IMG/VR virus record: IMGVR_UViG_3300044825_000703
Coordinates: 1-60,040 of that record
Length of the DNA: 60,040 nt
Reading direction: 5' to 3' (one strand)
Source: a virus
Taxonomy: Duplodnaviria; Caudoviricetes
Shown: in pieces, positions 44,279 through 55,326 of the stretch
How positions within the stretch are numbered: position 1 is the stretch's first letter
Layout: every line of letters starts with the position of its first letter
Program-made: the position numbers and the translations under genes
Notes under the pieces: generated by a model
What the model saw: the letters and a program-made list of their open reading frames with translations, nothing else
What the model was told of the DNA's origin: nothing
Databases searched by the model: none

Positions 44279-44755
44279 ATGCCTTCAATGCAGTATGACG
44301 TAAAGTCACAACACGCCGGCGCGTCCGGCTTGATGGTGCCTTATCGAGTTCGTCTAAAGGGTGCGGTGATGTTCCCCTTTTCTGGGGTAACGGAATACAC
44401 AACCTTTGTGAACGACGTAAGCGCCGCTGGGACTTACGCACGCGCAACAACCACGGCGACCATTACGCTTGCTAATCATGGTTTGCGTACTGGTCAGTGG
44501 GTGTATCTTGACTGGAATCTGGCTGACAATCCTTATCAGGTCACGGTTGTAGACGCAAATTCATTCACTGTCACGGTCGCTGATACTGGCGGTGCAAGTG
44601 GGAATGTAACGGTTTGGTATGAGGTGCTTCTGCAAGCAGATGCCTCCAATCAGACCGCTTACAGCATTTTGATTCCCGGCGAGGGCATCTTGGCAGAGCA
44701 AGGCATCCGCGTGTTTCTGCCAGCGAATATGCACTGCACAGTCTTCTATGGGTGA
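44279..44755 (+). CDS. Putative structural protein
   Basis: AGGAGG RBS; NHGLRTG beta insert; IPGEGIL motif. Confidence 0.55.
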   Translation: MPSMQYDVKSQHAGASGLMVPYRVRLKGAVMFPFSGVTEYTTFVNDVSAAGTYARATTTATITLANHGLRTGQWVYLDWNLADNPYQVTVVDANSFTVTVADTGGASGNVTVWYEVLLQADASNQTAYSILIPGEGILAEQGIRVFLPANMHCTVFYG

Positions 44756-44758
44756 CCC

Positions 44759-45484
44759 ATGCAGAACAACAAGAGTTACACGCTCTCGGGACGAAAGCTT
44801 TTCATAGCGATTCCCGCGTATGACTTCAAGGTTTCCTTGAAGCTTGCAATCTCGTTGGCGCATTTTGCTCAGCAGGCTGGGCAGTACGGCATCGAGATTC
44901 AGATCGGCAGTATCTGTGGATGTTCTGTCGTATCGAGGGCGCGTAACCTGTTGGTCAAGGACTTGATGGAGTCCGATTGCACGGATCTCCTGTTTATCGA
45001 CGCCGACATCAACTTCAAAGCGGACGACGTGTTCCGTTTATTGGCCTGGGCGTCTGATCCCAAGAAAGGCATTGTTGCCGGGGTTCCTAGGACCCGCAAG
45101 GCTGACAAGGTGTACATCGCCACATTGGATCAGGATGACCAAGGTCTCACGATGAACGGGATGGGTTTGGTACGCGCCAAACGTGTTGCCACGGCCTTCA
45201 TGATGGTTCGCCGGGAAGTCTTTGAGAAGATGATCGAGGCTCACCCTGAGTGGAACTACTTCGACAATAACTCCGGGCGACACCTTCACGCTGTCTTTGA
45301 TTTCAAAGTCACGGAAGAGGGTTACATGGGCGAGGACTTCTTGTTTTGTGACCGTGCCCGTGAGATGGGATATGAAGTTTGGATTGACCCGACGATCAAG
45401 CTGGGTCACATGGGCGTACAGGAGTACGAAGGCGACTTCGGTCGTGACTGCCTGTATCCCATGATTGTTCCGCAGGCGGCGTGA
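44759..45484 (+). CDS. GT-A fold glycosyltransferase-like protein (paralog of 28305-29078)
   Basis: SVVSRARN, FIDADI, GEDFLFC, LGHMG. Confidence 0.8.
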   Translation: MQNNKSYTLSGRKLFIAIPAYDFKVSLKLAISLAHFAQQAGQYGIEIQIGSICGCSVVSRARNLLVKDLMESDCTDLLFIDADINFKADDVFRLLAWASDPKKGIVAGVPRTRKADKVYIATLDQDDQGLTMNGMGLVRAKRVATAFMMVRREVFEKMIEAHPEWNYFDNNSGRHLHAVFDFKVTEEGYMGEDFLFCDRAREMGYEVWIDPTIKLGHMGVQEYEGDFGRDCLYPMIVPQAA

Positions 45485-45485
45485 C

Positions 45486-47480
45486 GTGGCTAAGAAAGGC
45501 ATGGGCATAGCCACCTCTGTGAAGTCGGGCAACTTCCGTCCGACGAAACAAGGCGCTGGCATGACTGAGAAAGGCGTCAAAGCCTATCGAAAAGCCAACC
45601 CAGGCTCTAAGCTACAAACTGCGGTGACGGAAGACAAACCGTCACCTGAACGAGCAAAGCGTCGAAAGTCCTTCTGTGCGCGATCTGCTGGCCAGATGAA
45701 GATGTTTCCCGAAGCTGCAAAAGATCCCAACAGCCGTATTCGGCAAGCACGACGTAGATGGAAGTGTTGACATGAGCGATATAAACCCAAAGGAGTTTGG
45801 TGCCTTGGAAGCTGACGTTCGTAACCTGATGAACGAAATTCATCTTCTGCGGCAAGACATGAAGGTCATGAAGGAAACGATTGACCAGACCAAGGGTGGT
45901 ATCTGGGTCGTGATGGCTATTGCCGGTACGGTCGGCAGTGCTATTACGCTGGGCCTCAAACGTTTGTTTGGTGGGTGACGTGGTGCCTTCCAAGACCCGG
46001 AAGCAACACATGTTCATGGAGGCCGTGTCTCACAACCCGGCCTTTGCCAAGAAAGTGGGCGTTCCACAATCGGTGGGGCGTGAATTCGTCAGGGCCGACA
46101 AAGGCCGCAAATTTGCAGAGGGTGGTGAAATGAAAGAGTCCAAGGCGATGGTCAAGAAAGAGATTGCTGCCATGAAACGCGGCAAGGCTCCGGCTGCTCT
46201 CATCAAGCATGAGATGGCCGAGATGAAGGGCATGAAATACGGTGGCAAGGTCAAGAAGATGGCTTCTGGTGGCCTTGCTGCGGGTCACAAGAGTGCCGAC
46301 GGTGTTGCTCACAAAGGCAAGACCAAAGGCATGCAAGTGAAGATGCGTAAAGGCGGGATGTGCTGACATGTCTGATAAACGCAAACCTCGCGTTGTAGGC
46401 CCTTTCCAAGGGGTCACGCCGCCTGCGATGGGTGCAGATGAACTCGCGGCTCGCAATCGTCGCCCTGTTGCTGACACGCAACAAATGACTCCTGCTAACC
46501 AACGGATGATGGAGCAAATGCTTCGTGATCAAGAGGAGCAGGAAGCAGCAGATCGTGCGGCCGAGATCTCCCGTAGAAGCTCGATGGGGACGTTGAAGAA
46601 GGCCAAGGGCGGGATGGTGAATTCGGCATCCAAGCGGGCTGACGGCTGTGCAATGCGCGGCAAAACTCGCGGGAAGATGGTGTAACCATGCGAGTGTCTC
46701 GTGGCATGGGGAAGATCAACCCCGCCAAGATTCGCGCTATCAAGAAGCGTGATGGTAATGAGCCTGTGACGTTGTTCGCTGAAGGCGGCGAGTCGCGGGT
46801 GAATGAGGCGGGGAACTACACCAAGCCGGGGATGCGGAAGCGACTGTTTGAGTCAATCAAGGCTGGCGGCAAGGGTGGTGCTCCGGGTCAATGGAGCGCA
46901 CGTAAGGCGCAGATGTTGGCCAAGCAGTACAAGAGTCAGGGCGGAGGGTATCGTGGCTGAGAAGTGGATTCAGAAGGCGATCTCGAAGAAGGGTGCTCTG
47001 CGTAAGGCGTTGGGTGTCAAGGCTGGAGCTACTATTCCTGCCAAGAAGCTCGAAGCAGCAGCAAAGAAGCCTGGCAAGCTTGGGCAGCGGGCAAGGCTGG
47101 CAAAGACGCTCAAGAGCTTCAAGTGAAGCCTCCGAAGTTTCCAGTCTTTGCGGGTGGCTGCAACGTGTTTGACTGGATTTTGGTTGAGGCTCAGAAGCTG
47201 AGGGTCGTGCGCCAACAGGAGAACTGGAATGCTGCGAAAGCCGCAAAAGAGTCTGAAAAACTGGAGCTCAGAAAACTGGCGCACAAAGAGCGGCAAGCCG
47301 TCGACGCAGGGACCGCAAGCTACCGGCGAGCGTTATCTTCCCGCTTCAGCAATCAAGGCTCTGAGTCCGCAGGAGTACGCGGCAACAACCCGAGCCAAGC
47401 GAGCGGGTAAGGCGGCAGGCAAGCAGTTTGTAGCGCAGCCCAAGGGCATCGCCAAGAAGACGGCAAAGTTTAGGAGCTAA
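45486..47480 (+). other. Cluster of small, mostly Lys/Arg-rich proteins (45486-45770, 45772-45978 with a TM segment, 45983-46366, 46368-46685, 46688-46960, 46953-47126, 47229-47480)
   Basis: Contiguous ORFs; GQWSARKAQ and QKSLKNW...ERYLP motifs resemble the two halves of DUF5872. Confidence 0.7.
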
Positions 47481-47482
47481 CT

Positions 47483-48082
47483 GTGTTTGGGTTTCCAATG
47501 TTCAATCCGATGATGGGTGGGTACGGCCAGATGCCTGCCTATGGAAACCCGTATGTTGGCCTAGGTTCGCTCGGGTTCAATCCAATGATGGGTCAGCAGT
47601 TCATGCAGCCCTACGGTGTATACGGCGGCGGATACGGCGGCGGGTATGGTGGTTTTAACATGCAGCCGCTCATGCAGCCCGCGTATGGTGGATATGGTCA
47701 AGGCCAGATGGGTGGTTTCTTTGGGAACAACCCCCAAGGTCAGTTCAATACCCAACAGCCAGCGCAACAGTCAGTTCAGCCACCACCTCCTCCGCAAGAG
47801 TTTATGGATCTTCAGCGTAGCGTGTTTGAGCGTAGTCGCCAGGGCCAGGGACCGACCCCAGAAGAGATCCAGAGACTTCAGCAGATGCAGAATCAGCACT
47901 TCAACAGCCCTGAGTATCAAAAGGCTCGTGATCAATACATGAGCCAGCAGTTTTCCAGCCCCATGGGATACGGAATCGGGATGCTTGGCATGTCGAGATT
48001 CGCTCCGCAGAACGCCATGGGTCCGATTAACAATCAGGCTATGATGAGTCAAATCCAGTCCTTCTTGTCGAGAATGAGATAA
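47483..48082 (+). CDS. G/Y/M/Q/P-rich low-complexity protein
   Basis: GGAG RBS; GGYGGGYGG, QQPAQQ. Confidence 0.65.
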   Translation: MFGFPMFNPMMGGYGQMPAYGNPYVGLGSLGFNPMMGQQFMQPYGVYGGGYGGGYGGFNMQPLMQPAYGGYGQGQMGGFFGNNPQGQFNTQQPAQQSVQPPPPPQEFMDLQRSVFERSRQGQGPTPEEIQRLQQMQNQHFNSPEYQKARDQYMSQQFSSPMGYGIGMLGMSRFAPQNAMGPINNQAMMSQIQSFLSRMR

Positions 48083-48084
48083 GC

Positions 48085-48996
48085 ATGTCTACATCAGGAA
48101 CCACCTCATTCAACCTTGACCTGAATAATCTGGTCGAGGAGGCGTTTGAACGCGCCGGTCGAGAGGTGCGTTCTGGGTATGACATGCGTACTGCCCGTCG
48201 CAGTCTGAACCTGATGACGGTGGAATGGGCAAACCGTGGCATTAACCTGTGGACCATTGAGCAGGGAACGATACCTCTCAATCAGTCTCAGATCACCTAC
48301 GCGCTCCCGATTGATACGATTGATCTCTTGGATCACGTTGTTCGCACTCAGACTGGCCTTAATCAGACCGACATCAACATCACCCGGATCAGCGTATCGA
48401 CCTACGCCACGATCCCAAACAAAAACGCTCAGGGACGACCCATTCAGGTTTGGATCAACCGGCAGTCTGGCTCGACCAGTGCAACCACACTTACATTGGC
48501 TGCTGACATTAGTGCAAGTGACACGACAATCACGTTGAGTGCAACGGATGGGCTGTCGGCGGTGGGCTATGTGCGGATTGGTGCAGAAATCATCAGCTAT
48601 ACCGGAAAGACTGCAACGACGCTTACCGGGTGTCTGAGAGGTCAGGCCGATACCACTGCGGCCGGTCATTTGACTGGTGCTTCTGTGTCAGTGCCCTATC
48701 TTCCGAACATCAACGTCTGGCCGTCCCCGGATCAGAGCAACTTTTACACATTTGTGTACTGGCGTTTGAAGAGGATCCAGGATGCTGGAAATGGTCCAAC
48801 CGACCAGCAGATCCCGTTCCGGTTCTTGAATTGCATGGTGGCGGGCTTGGCGTACTACATTGCCATGAAGATTCCCGAAGGCCAGGACAAGCTGGATCGG
48901 TTGAAGATGGACTATGCCGAGCAGTGGATGCTGGCGGCTGATGAAGACCGGGAGAAGGCTGCGCTTCGGCTTGCTCCAAGGCAGATGTTCATCTAA
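48085..48996 (+). CDS. Probable head-tail adaptor/tail tubular protein
   Basis: EEAFERAG...ARRSLNL...WANRGINLW; position in the operon. Confidence 0.6.
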   Translation: MSTSGTTSFNLDLNNLVEEAFERAGREVRSGYDMRTARRSLNLMTVEWANRGINLWTIEQGTIPLNQSQITYALPIDTIDLLDHVVRTQTGLNQTDINITRISVSTYATIPNKNAQGRPIQVWINRQSGSTSATTLTLAADISASDTTITLSATDGLSAVGYVRIGAEIISYTGKTATTLTGCLRGQADTTAAGHLTGASVSVPYLPNINVWPSPDQSNFYTFVYWRLKRIQDAGNGPTDQQIPFRFLNCMVAGLAYYIAMKIPEGQDKLDRLKMDYAEQWMLAADEDREKAALRLAPRQMFI

Positions 48997-48998
48997 TC

Positions 48999-49815
48999 AT
49001 GCCGAACAGGTTTGCGTCAGGGCGCTGGGCGATTGCCCAATGTGATCGCTGTAATTTTCGCTACAAACTGAAAGAGTTGAAGCAACTGGTCATCAAGACC
49101 AAGAATGTGAACTTGTTGGTGTGTCCGTCGTGCTGGGAGCCGGATCAACCGCAGCTTCAGTTGGGTATGTATCCGGTGGATGATCCGCAGGCGTTGCGTA
49201 ATCCTCGGCCTGATAACAGCTACGTCACGTCTGGATTGAATGGGTTGCAGACGGATCCGTTGACAGCACCACCAACCAGTACGGCGGCATTTGGCACACC
49301 GGAGGGTGGCAGTAGGATCATTCAGTGGGGCTGGAATCCTGTGGGCTTGAACAATCCATTGCAACTTGCTGGATTGGAGGATAATCTCCAAGCACAAGGT
49401 TCAGTGGGAACCGTGACCATAACGGTCAGTTAGGAGTGATCATGAAGAAGTACATGTCTGGTGGCGATGTTAAGAAGGTGAAGAAGATCGCCAAGGCCGA
49501 GGTTGAGGGCCACGAGAAGCGGATGCACAAGTTTGCCAAGGGCGGTGTGACGAATGCCCAGCGCAAACAGTACGGTCGCAATATGGCTCGCGTCATGAAC
49601 CAGCGGAGCAGCTCATGAGCAAGGCAAACGATCAGTGCCACTTCTTCCCTGCGGAGACTAAGGATCCGATTGGGAAGTACACGCAGCCTCGTCCGTACAC
49701 CGATACGATGGGTAAGAATGGCTATCCGAACGCCATTCCTAACACTCAAACTTTGCGTACCCGTGGGACGAAGAACACTACCCGTGGGAACAGCAGCTCG
49801 ACCAAGATGGGTTGA
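48999..49815 (+). CDS. Zinc-finger protein (48999-49433) and two small basic proteins (49436-49618, 49615-49815)
   Basis: CDRC...CPSC motif; contiguous ORFs. Confidence 0.6.
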
Positions 49816-50498
49816 ACGTGAACTACGCGACGCTCTTTGAGACGATCAAAGGATTCCTTGAGAATGATTTTCCAAGCACGACCTGGACAAATTCGGCTGA
49901 AACCGGAACGGTAACGTTTTCGTCTACTGAGCAGATCAACACGTTTATTCGTCAGGCCGAGCAGCGGATCTACAACACGGTACAGCTTCCAGCACTTCGC
50001 AAGAATGTGACTGGCAACTGCACGATCAACAACAAGTACCTAGCCATGCCGTCTGACTGGCTGGCGATGTACTCGTTATCTGTGATCCGTTCTGACGGTT
50101 CCCAGCATTTCCTGTTGAACAAAGACGTTGAGTACATCCGCGAGTCTTTCCCGAATCCATCGGACAAGGGCGAGCCCACGCATTACGCCATCTTTGACAA
50201 CGATACGATGATTCTTGGCCCTACCCCGGATGATTCGTACAGCATGGAGATGCACTACTACTATTACCCAGAGTCGATTGTGACCGCAAACACAACGTGG
50301 CTGGGTGATCACTTTGACAGCACGTTGCTTTATGGGTCGCTGGTTGAGGGATACACATTCATGAAGGGCGAGCCCGACATGGTTGCGTTGTACTCAAAGC
50401 GATACGAAGAGGCAATGCTGCTGCTCAAGAAACTTGGCGATGGCAAGGATCGTCAAGACACCTATCGGTCTGGACAAGTGAGGTATCAAGTCACATGA
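49812..50498 (+). CDS. Probable virion connector/tail protein
   Basis: FIRQAEQRIY...GPTPD...LLYGSLVE. Confidence 0.6.
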   Translation: MNVNYATLFETIKGFLENDFPSTTWTNSAETGTVTFSSTEQINTFIRQAEQRIYNTVQLPALRKNVTGNCTINNKYLAMPSDWLAMYSLSVIRSDGSQHFLLNKDVEYIRESFPNPSDKGEPTHYAIFDNDTMILGPTPDDSYSMEMHYYYYPESIVTANTTWLGDHFDSTLLYGSLVEGYTFMKGEPDMVALYSKRYEEAMLLLKKLGDGKDRQDTYRSGQVRYQVT

Positions 50499-51224
50499 TT
50501 ATGAATGACGTTGGGGTTCTCCTTGGAGGGCTCGTTCAAGTACAAACGACACAAAACCGTGGGCTTACAGCCGAGGAAGTTGCGGAGCGTGCCGTTGATC
50601 GAATCATTTCCGTGGGCCAGAATTCCCACCCGGCCATTCGTGATCAAGCTCATGCGTTCAGGGAACACATTCAAGCGGTAGTATCCTTCTACATGAAGGA
50701 AGCGATCAAAAACGATCGGGCTACGCTTGCCATCCGGCTTAGAGATGCGGGGCATCCTGAGCTTGTCAAACTCTTGGAGAACTAACATGCCGTTTACCGG
50801 AAACTTTATGTGCACCAGCTTCAAAGTCGAGCTGATGCGCAGTATTCACAACTTCACCGCCAGCACGGGCAACACGTTCAAGCTGGCGCTCTACACCAAC
50901 AGTGCATCGTTCACTGCTGCTACGACCGCGTATACGACCACCAACGAAGTCACCGCTTCGGGTTCTTATGCGGCTGGTGGTGGCACACTGACCAACGTGA
51001 CTCCGACTTCGAGCGGTACCACGGCGTTCACCGACTTTGCGGACATTAGCTTTACTACGGCCACCATCACGGCTCGTGGTGCGCTGATTTACAATGACAC
51101 GGCTACGGGTGACCCGACGGTTGTGGTGTTGGACTTCGGTTCAGACAAGACCTCGACCTCGGGAACCTTCCAGGTCATCTTCCCGACTGCGGACAGTTCT
51201 AGTGCCATTATAAGGATTGCATGA
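50495..51224 (+). CDS. Two tail-region proteins (50495-50785, 50787-51224)
   Basis: FKLALY...TARGALIYN...LDFG motif in the second. Confidence 0.6.
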
Positions 51225-51298
51225 GATTGCATTAATTGTGTAAATGTCTATAACGGCGGCCTTCTACGGAAGGTCGCCAGTTTGTCGTGGGAGTGTAA

Positions 51299-53530
51299 GT
51301 GGCCGATGTCAACGTCGGGTTTACTGGTTGGGGTGCGTCTGGCGTAACCTGGGGTGAAGACCCTTGGGGCCAGAGCGTTGCATCCTTACCGACCGGAACC
51401 GGGCAGGTTGGCAGTGTCACTGTTGCGGCAAATGCCAATGTAACTGTTACGGGCCTGTCTGCTACCGGGCAGGTCGGCAGCGTTACGGTTACTGGTTCTG
51501 CCAATGTCACGTTGACGGGCGTATCTGCCACAGGCAACGTTGGCAGCGTCACCGTTACAGGTGATTCCAATACAAACGTCACCGGCCTGTCTGCGACCGG
51601 ACAGGTTGGTTCGGTCACGGTTACTGCTGACTCAAATACTGATGTCACGGGCCTGTCCGCAACGGGCCAGGTTGGTACTGTTGCGGTCACGGGTGATTCC
51701 AATACTACCGTTACAGGGGTCTCGGGCACAGGAGAAACCGGCACTGTTAATGTAGACGCCAGTGCTGATGTACCGGTAACTGGTTTGTCTGCAACCGGAG
51801 AGGTTGGGACCGTCGCAGTCACGGGCGACGCGAATGTTGACGTGACTGGCGTGTTTGGCACGGGCCAAGTCGGCCAGGTTGATGTTGTCGCCACTCAAGA
51901 CGTTGATGTCAACCTGACGGGCGCTTCTGCGACTGGCCAGGTTGGAACGGTTGCGTTAACCGGCGATGCTAATGTCGATGTCACTGGTGTGTTCGGCACC
52001 GGTCAAGTCGGCACCGTCGCGGTTACTGGAGACGCCAATACCAACGTCACGGGACTATCAGCAACTGGCCAAGTAGGGTCAGTCACGGTTGAAGCAAGCG
52101 CTGATGTTCCAGTTACGGGCCTGTCTGCTACCGGGCAAGTCGGCTCCGTCACCGTCACAGGCGACGCCAATACTGATGTCACCGGACTTCAAGCGACTGG
52201 TTTGGTGGGCTCTGTTGCCGTCCAAGGTGACGCCAATGTGCCCGTCACGGGTCTGAGCGCCACGGGTCAGGTTGGCTCTGTCACGGTGACAGCCGATTCC
52301 AATGTACCGGTGACTGGCCTGTCTGCTACAGGGCAAGTTGGATCAGTCACTGTCACGGGTGACGCCAATGTCAGCGTTACAGGCGTCTTTGGAACCGGCC
52401 AAGTTGGGACTGTAACTGTCGCGGGCGATGCGATTGTCCCGGTGACAGGTCTGTCTGCTACTGGTCAAGTTGGGACGGTTGTAGTTGAAGCGGGCGCTGG
52501 AGTAAATGTCACCGGCCTGGTAGCCACTGGCAATGTAGGAAGTGTCACGGTTTCGGCTGGTGCGAATGTTGATGCCACCGGTTCGGCTGGCACCGGTCAG
52601 GTTGGCAGCGTCACGATTGAGCTCACCACGCCAGTCAACGTGACTGGTGTATCGGCCACAGGACAGGTTGGATCTGCGAATGCCACCGGAGGTGCGGATG
52701 TCACAGCTACCGGCCTGTCGGCTACTGGGCAAGTTGGTACAGTGCAGATCAACACTGGGGCAATTGTTGACGTTACGGGTGTTGCCGGTTCTGGTCAGGT
52801 TGGATCTGTTGCTATTGCCGGTAATGCAGATGTTTCGGCAACCGGACTAAGCGCGACGGGTTTGGTTGGTTCAGTAACAGTCACAGGTGACGCAAATGTT
52901 GACGTGACTGGCGTGACAGGAACAGGCGCTGTTGGATCGGTCACGGTTGATGCGGGTACACAGGTTGAGGTGTCTGGGCTATCTGCAACCGGATCGGTGA
53001 GAAGCGTTACGGTTACAGGCTCGGCGGATGTCAGTCTTACGGGGTCATCGGCTACAGGTCAGGTCGGAACGGTTGATGTTGAGGTTGGTGTTGTTGTTGA
53101 CCTGACCGGCGTATCTGCAAGCGGCTTGGTTGGCGATGTTGCCATCTCAGGCAATGCCAATGTCGATGTCTTTGGCGTCTCGGTCACTGGTTCGGTTGGT
53201 GATGTTGCGGTTGGTATTAATGCCGCAGTTGATGTCACCGGTGTAGAGGCGACAGGAGCGGTTGGATCGGTTACAGTAGGCATTGGGCCTGATGTTGAAG
53301 TGACCGGTGTTTCAGCAACTGGCACGGTTGGGTCCGTTGTTGTAACTGGAGACTGTAATGTCTTCCCGGTCGGCGTTGCTGGCATCGGACAAGTAGGAAC
53401 AGTCTTGGTCTGGGGTTTGATTGATGAGAATCAGACGCCAAACTGGATTAACATCAACGACAGTCAAGGTTCCACTTGGACCGCTGTCAACGAAGCTCAG
53501 GTTCCCGATTGGGAAGAGATATTAGCGTAG
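51299..53530 (+). CDS. T/V/G/S-rich repeat fibre-like protein, 743 aa
   Basis: About 30 copies of a ~22-aa unit VTGLSATGQVGSVTVTGDANVx. Confidence 0.8.
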   Translation: MADVNVGFTGWGASGVTWGEDPWGQSVASLPTGTGQVGSVTVAANANVTVTGLSATGQVGSVTVTGSANVTLTGVSATGNVGSVTVTGDSNTNVTGLSATGQVGSVTVTADSNTDVTGLSATGQVGTVAVTGDSNTTVTGVSGTGETGTVNVDASADVPVTGLSATGEVGTVAVTGDANVDVTGVFGTGQVGQVDVVATQDVDVNLTGASATGQVGTVALTGDANVDVTGVFGTGQVGTVAVTGDANTNVTGLSATGQVGSVTVEASADVPVTGLSATGQVGSVTVTGDANTDVTGLQATGLVGSVAVQGDANVPVTGLSATGQVGSVTVTADSNVPVTGLSATGQVGSVTVTGDANVSVTGVFGTGQVGTVTVAGDAIVPVTGLSATGQVGTVVVEAGAGVNVTGLVATGNVGSVTVSAGANVDATGSAGTGQVGSVTIELTTPVNVTGVSATGQVGSANATGGADVTATGLSATGQVGTVQINTGAIVDVTGVAGSGQVGSVAIAGNADVSATGLSATGLVGSVTVTGDANVDVTGVTGTGAVGSVTVDAGTQVEVSGLSATGSVRSVTVTGSADVSLTGSSATGQVGTVDVEVGVVVDLTGVSASGLVGDVAISGNANVDVFGVSVTGSVGDVAVGINAAVDVTGVEATGAVGSVTVGIGPDVEVTGVSATGTVGSVVVTGDCNVFPVGVAGIGQVGTVLVWGLIDENQTPNWININDSQGSTWTAVNEAQVPDWEEILA

Positions 53531-53539
53531 GGGTTCAAC

Positions 53540-55324
53540 ATGGCGATCAATTACACCACCCTCCTCGGCCTCGCCCAACCCGTTACCGGCACCGAATCCG
53601 GTGTGTGGGGCGATGTCGTCAACAACCAGATCACCTCGTTGTTGGAAGATGCAATCGCAAACGCAGCAACCATCAACGTTACGAGCGCAAACGTCACGCT
53701 GACCGATAACAACGGCGCGGCCGACCAATCTCGCATGGCGATCCTGCTTGTGACGGGCACTCCCGGCACTACGCGCAATATCGTGGCACCAAGCACGAGC
53801 AAGTGGTACATCGTCAGGAACGGATCGAACGCAGCGGTGGTCATTAAGGGATCAGCTACCACGGGCGTAACCATCCCTACCGGCTCAGATGCTCTGGTCT
53901 TCTGGAACGGATCAGACTTTGAAGTAGGTGCCGTAGCAGGCCCCGCAAGCTCTACCGATAACGCAGTAGTACGGTACGACGGCACCACAGGGAAGGTTGT
54001 TCAGAACTCTGGCGTCACGATTGACGACTCGAACAATGTGGGTGGTCTGGCTAACCTGAACTTCTCTGGGACAGGAAACAGGATAACCGGCGACTTTAGT
54101 AATGCTACTGCTGCTAATCGTGTGATGTTTCAGACTAGCACAAGCAACAGCAACACAATTTTAAGCGCGATACCGACCGGAACGGGCAACACATCTGCGC
54201 TTCGGTTGTTCAACGCGGCTGATTCCGCTAACAGTGCGAGCGCTTTGATTTCTGTGTCTTCGACGGCAGCAACGCTTGAGTCTCAAATCTCCGGCACAGG
54301 AACTTACGTACCGCTTATTTTTTCCACCGGTGGCTCCGAGCGCGTCAGGGTAAGTACGTCAGGTAATGTAGGGATTGGGACGAGTACCTCGACAAGCCCT
54401 CTATCGGTAAAAACAGATTCCGATTTTGTGATTTCGATGCGTACAACTGCTGCTTCAACTGGTGCGCGTGTTGTTGCGTTAAATCTTGCTGAGAATGCGT
54501 ACAAAGATCTTGTAGTAGACGGGACAACAGTTCAAATAGCTACGGGCGGCACAGAACGCATGCGTATCACGTCTGGCGGCGATGTCGGGATAGGAGTTAC
54601 TTCGACAGCAGCTAAGCTGGATGTTTTAGGAGCAGCGACCGCCCCCGGACTTCGTATTCTAGGCGGTGGCAATAGTGGCATCAATATTGCAACATTTGCT
54701 GACGCAGGCGGGGCAGGACAAGTTACGATAAACCCAAGTGGGAACCTTTTGGTTGGGACGACGACTTCCGCCGGCAAGTTAACTGTTACAACATCTTCAG
54801 GTCAGGGAGGGCATTTTTCAGTATCCGGCGGGACTGGTTTCCCAGTTGTAGCCAGTGTTAATTTTGTGTCTAGCACAGCAACCGCAGGAGTGCGTGTTCT
54901 TAAATATGACAACAACACAACAACATCACAAGTTTTTGTTCAGTTTGCTGTTAATCAAGACGGCGCAAATTGTGGGCAAATCAACGCAAACGGGACTAAC
55001 ACAGCGGCGTTTGGCACATATTCAGACGCTCGGTTAAAAGAAAACATTACCGATCTGCCGTCCCAGTTAGCCAGCATATTGGCACTCAGGCCGGTGGAGT
55101 TTGACTACATTCAATCCGAAGGCGGCGGGCACCAGATTGGATTCATTGCTCAGGAGATGGAGCAGGTATACCCGGACGTTGTTGGAGAGCGGGCAGATGG
55201 TATGAAAACCATTACTGCTTGGAGCAAGACGGAAGCTCGGTTGGTTAAAGCCATCCAAGAACAGCAAGCCATCATCGAACAACTTACGCAGCGCATTGCT
55301 GCACTTGAGAACAAAGGAGCCTAA
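53540..55324 (+). CDS. Tail fibre with C-terminal intramolecular chaperone (peptidase S74) domain
   Basis: ERMRITSGGDVGIG repeats; YSDARLKENI...GFIAQE. Confidence 0.88.
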   Translation: MAINYTTLLGLAQPVTGTESGVWGDVVNNQITSLLEDAIANAATINVTSANVTLTDNNGAADQSRMAILLVTGTPGTTRNIVAPSTSKWYIVRNGSNAAVVIKGSATTGVTIPTGSDALVFWNGSDFEVGAVAGPASSTDNAVVRYDGTTGKVVQNSGVTIDDSNNVGGLANLNFSGTGNRITGDFSNATAANRVMFQTSTSNSNTILSAIPTGTGNTSALRLFNAADSANSASALISVSSTAATLESQISGTGTYVPLIFSTGGSERVRVSTSGNVGIGTSTSTSPLSVKTDSDFVISMRTTAASTGARVVALNLAENAYKDLVVDGTTVQIATGGTERMRITSGGDVGIGVTSTAAKLDVLGAATAPGLRILGGGNSGINIATFADAGGAGQVTINPSGNLLVGTTTSAGKLTVTTSSGQGGHFSVSGGTGFPVVASVNFVSSTATAGVRVLKYDNNTTTSQVFVQFAVNQDGANCGQINANGTNTAAFGTYSDARLKENITDLPSQLASILALRPVEFDYIQSEGGGHQIGFIAQEMEQVYPDVVGERADGMKTITAWSKTEARLVKAIQEQQAIIEQLTQRIAALENKGA

Positions 55325-55326
55325 TC

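Noticed and set aside
47123-47410. 95-aa ORF overlapping 47229-47480
   Set aside because: Long overlap with a better-supported motif-bearing ORF; its 5' part may be real but cannot be supported.
53540-55324. Diversity-generating retroelement target
   Set aside because: No reverse transcriptase and no template/variable repeat pair were seen.
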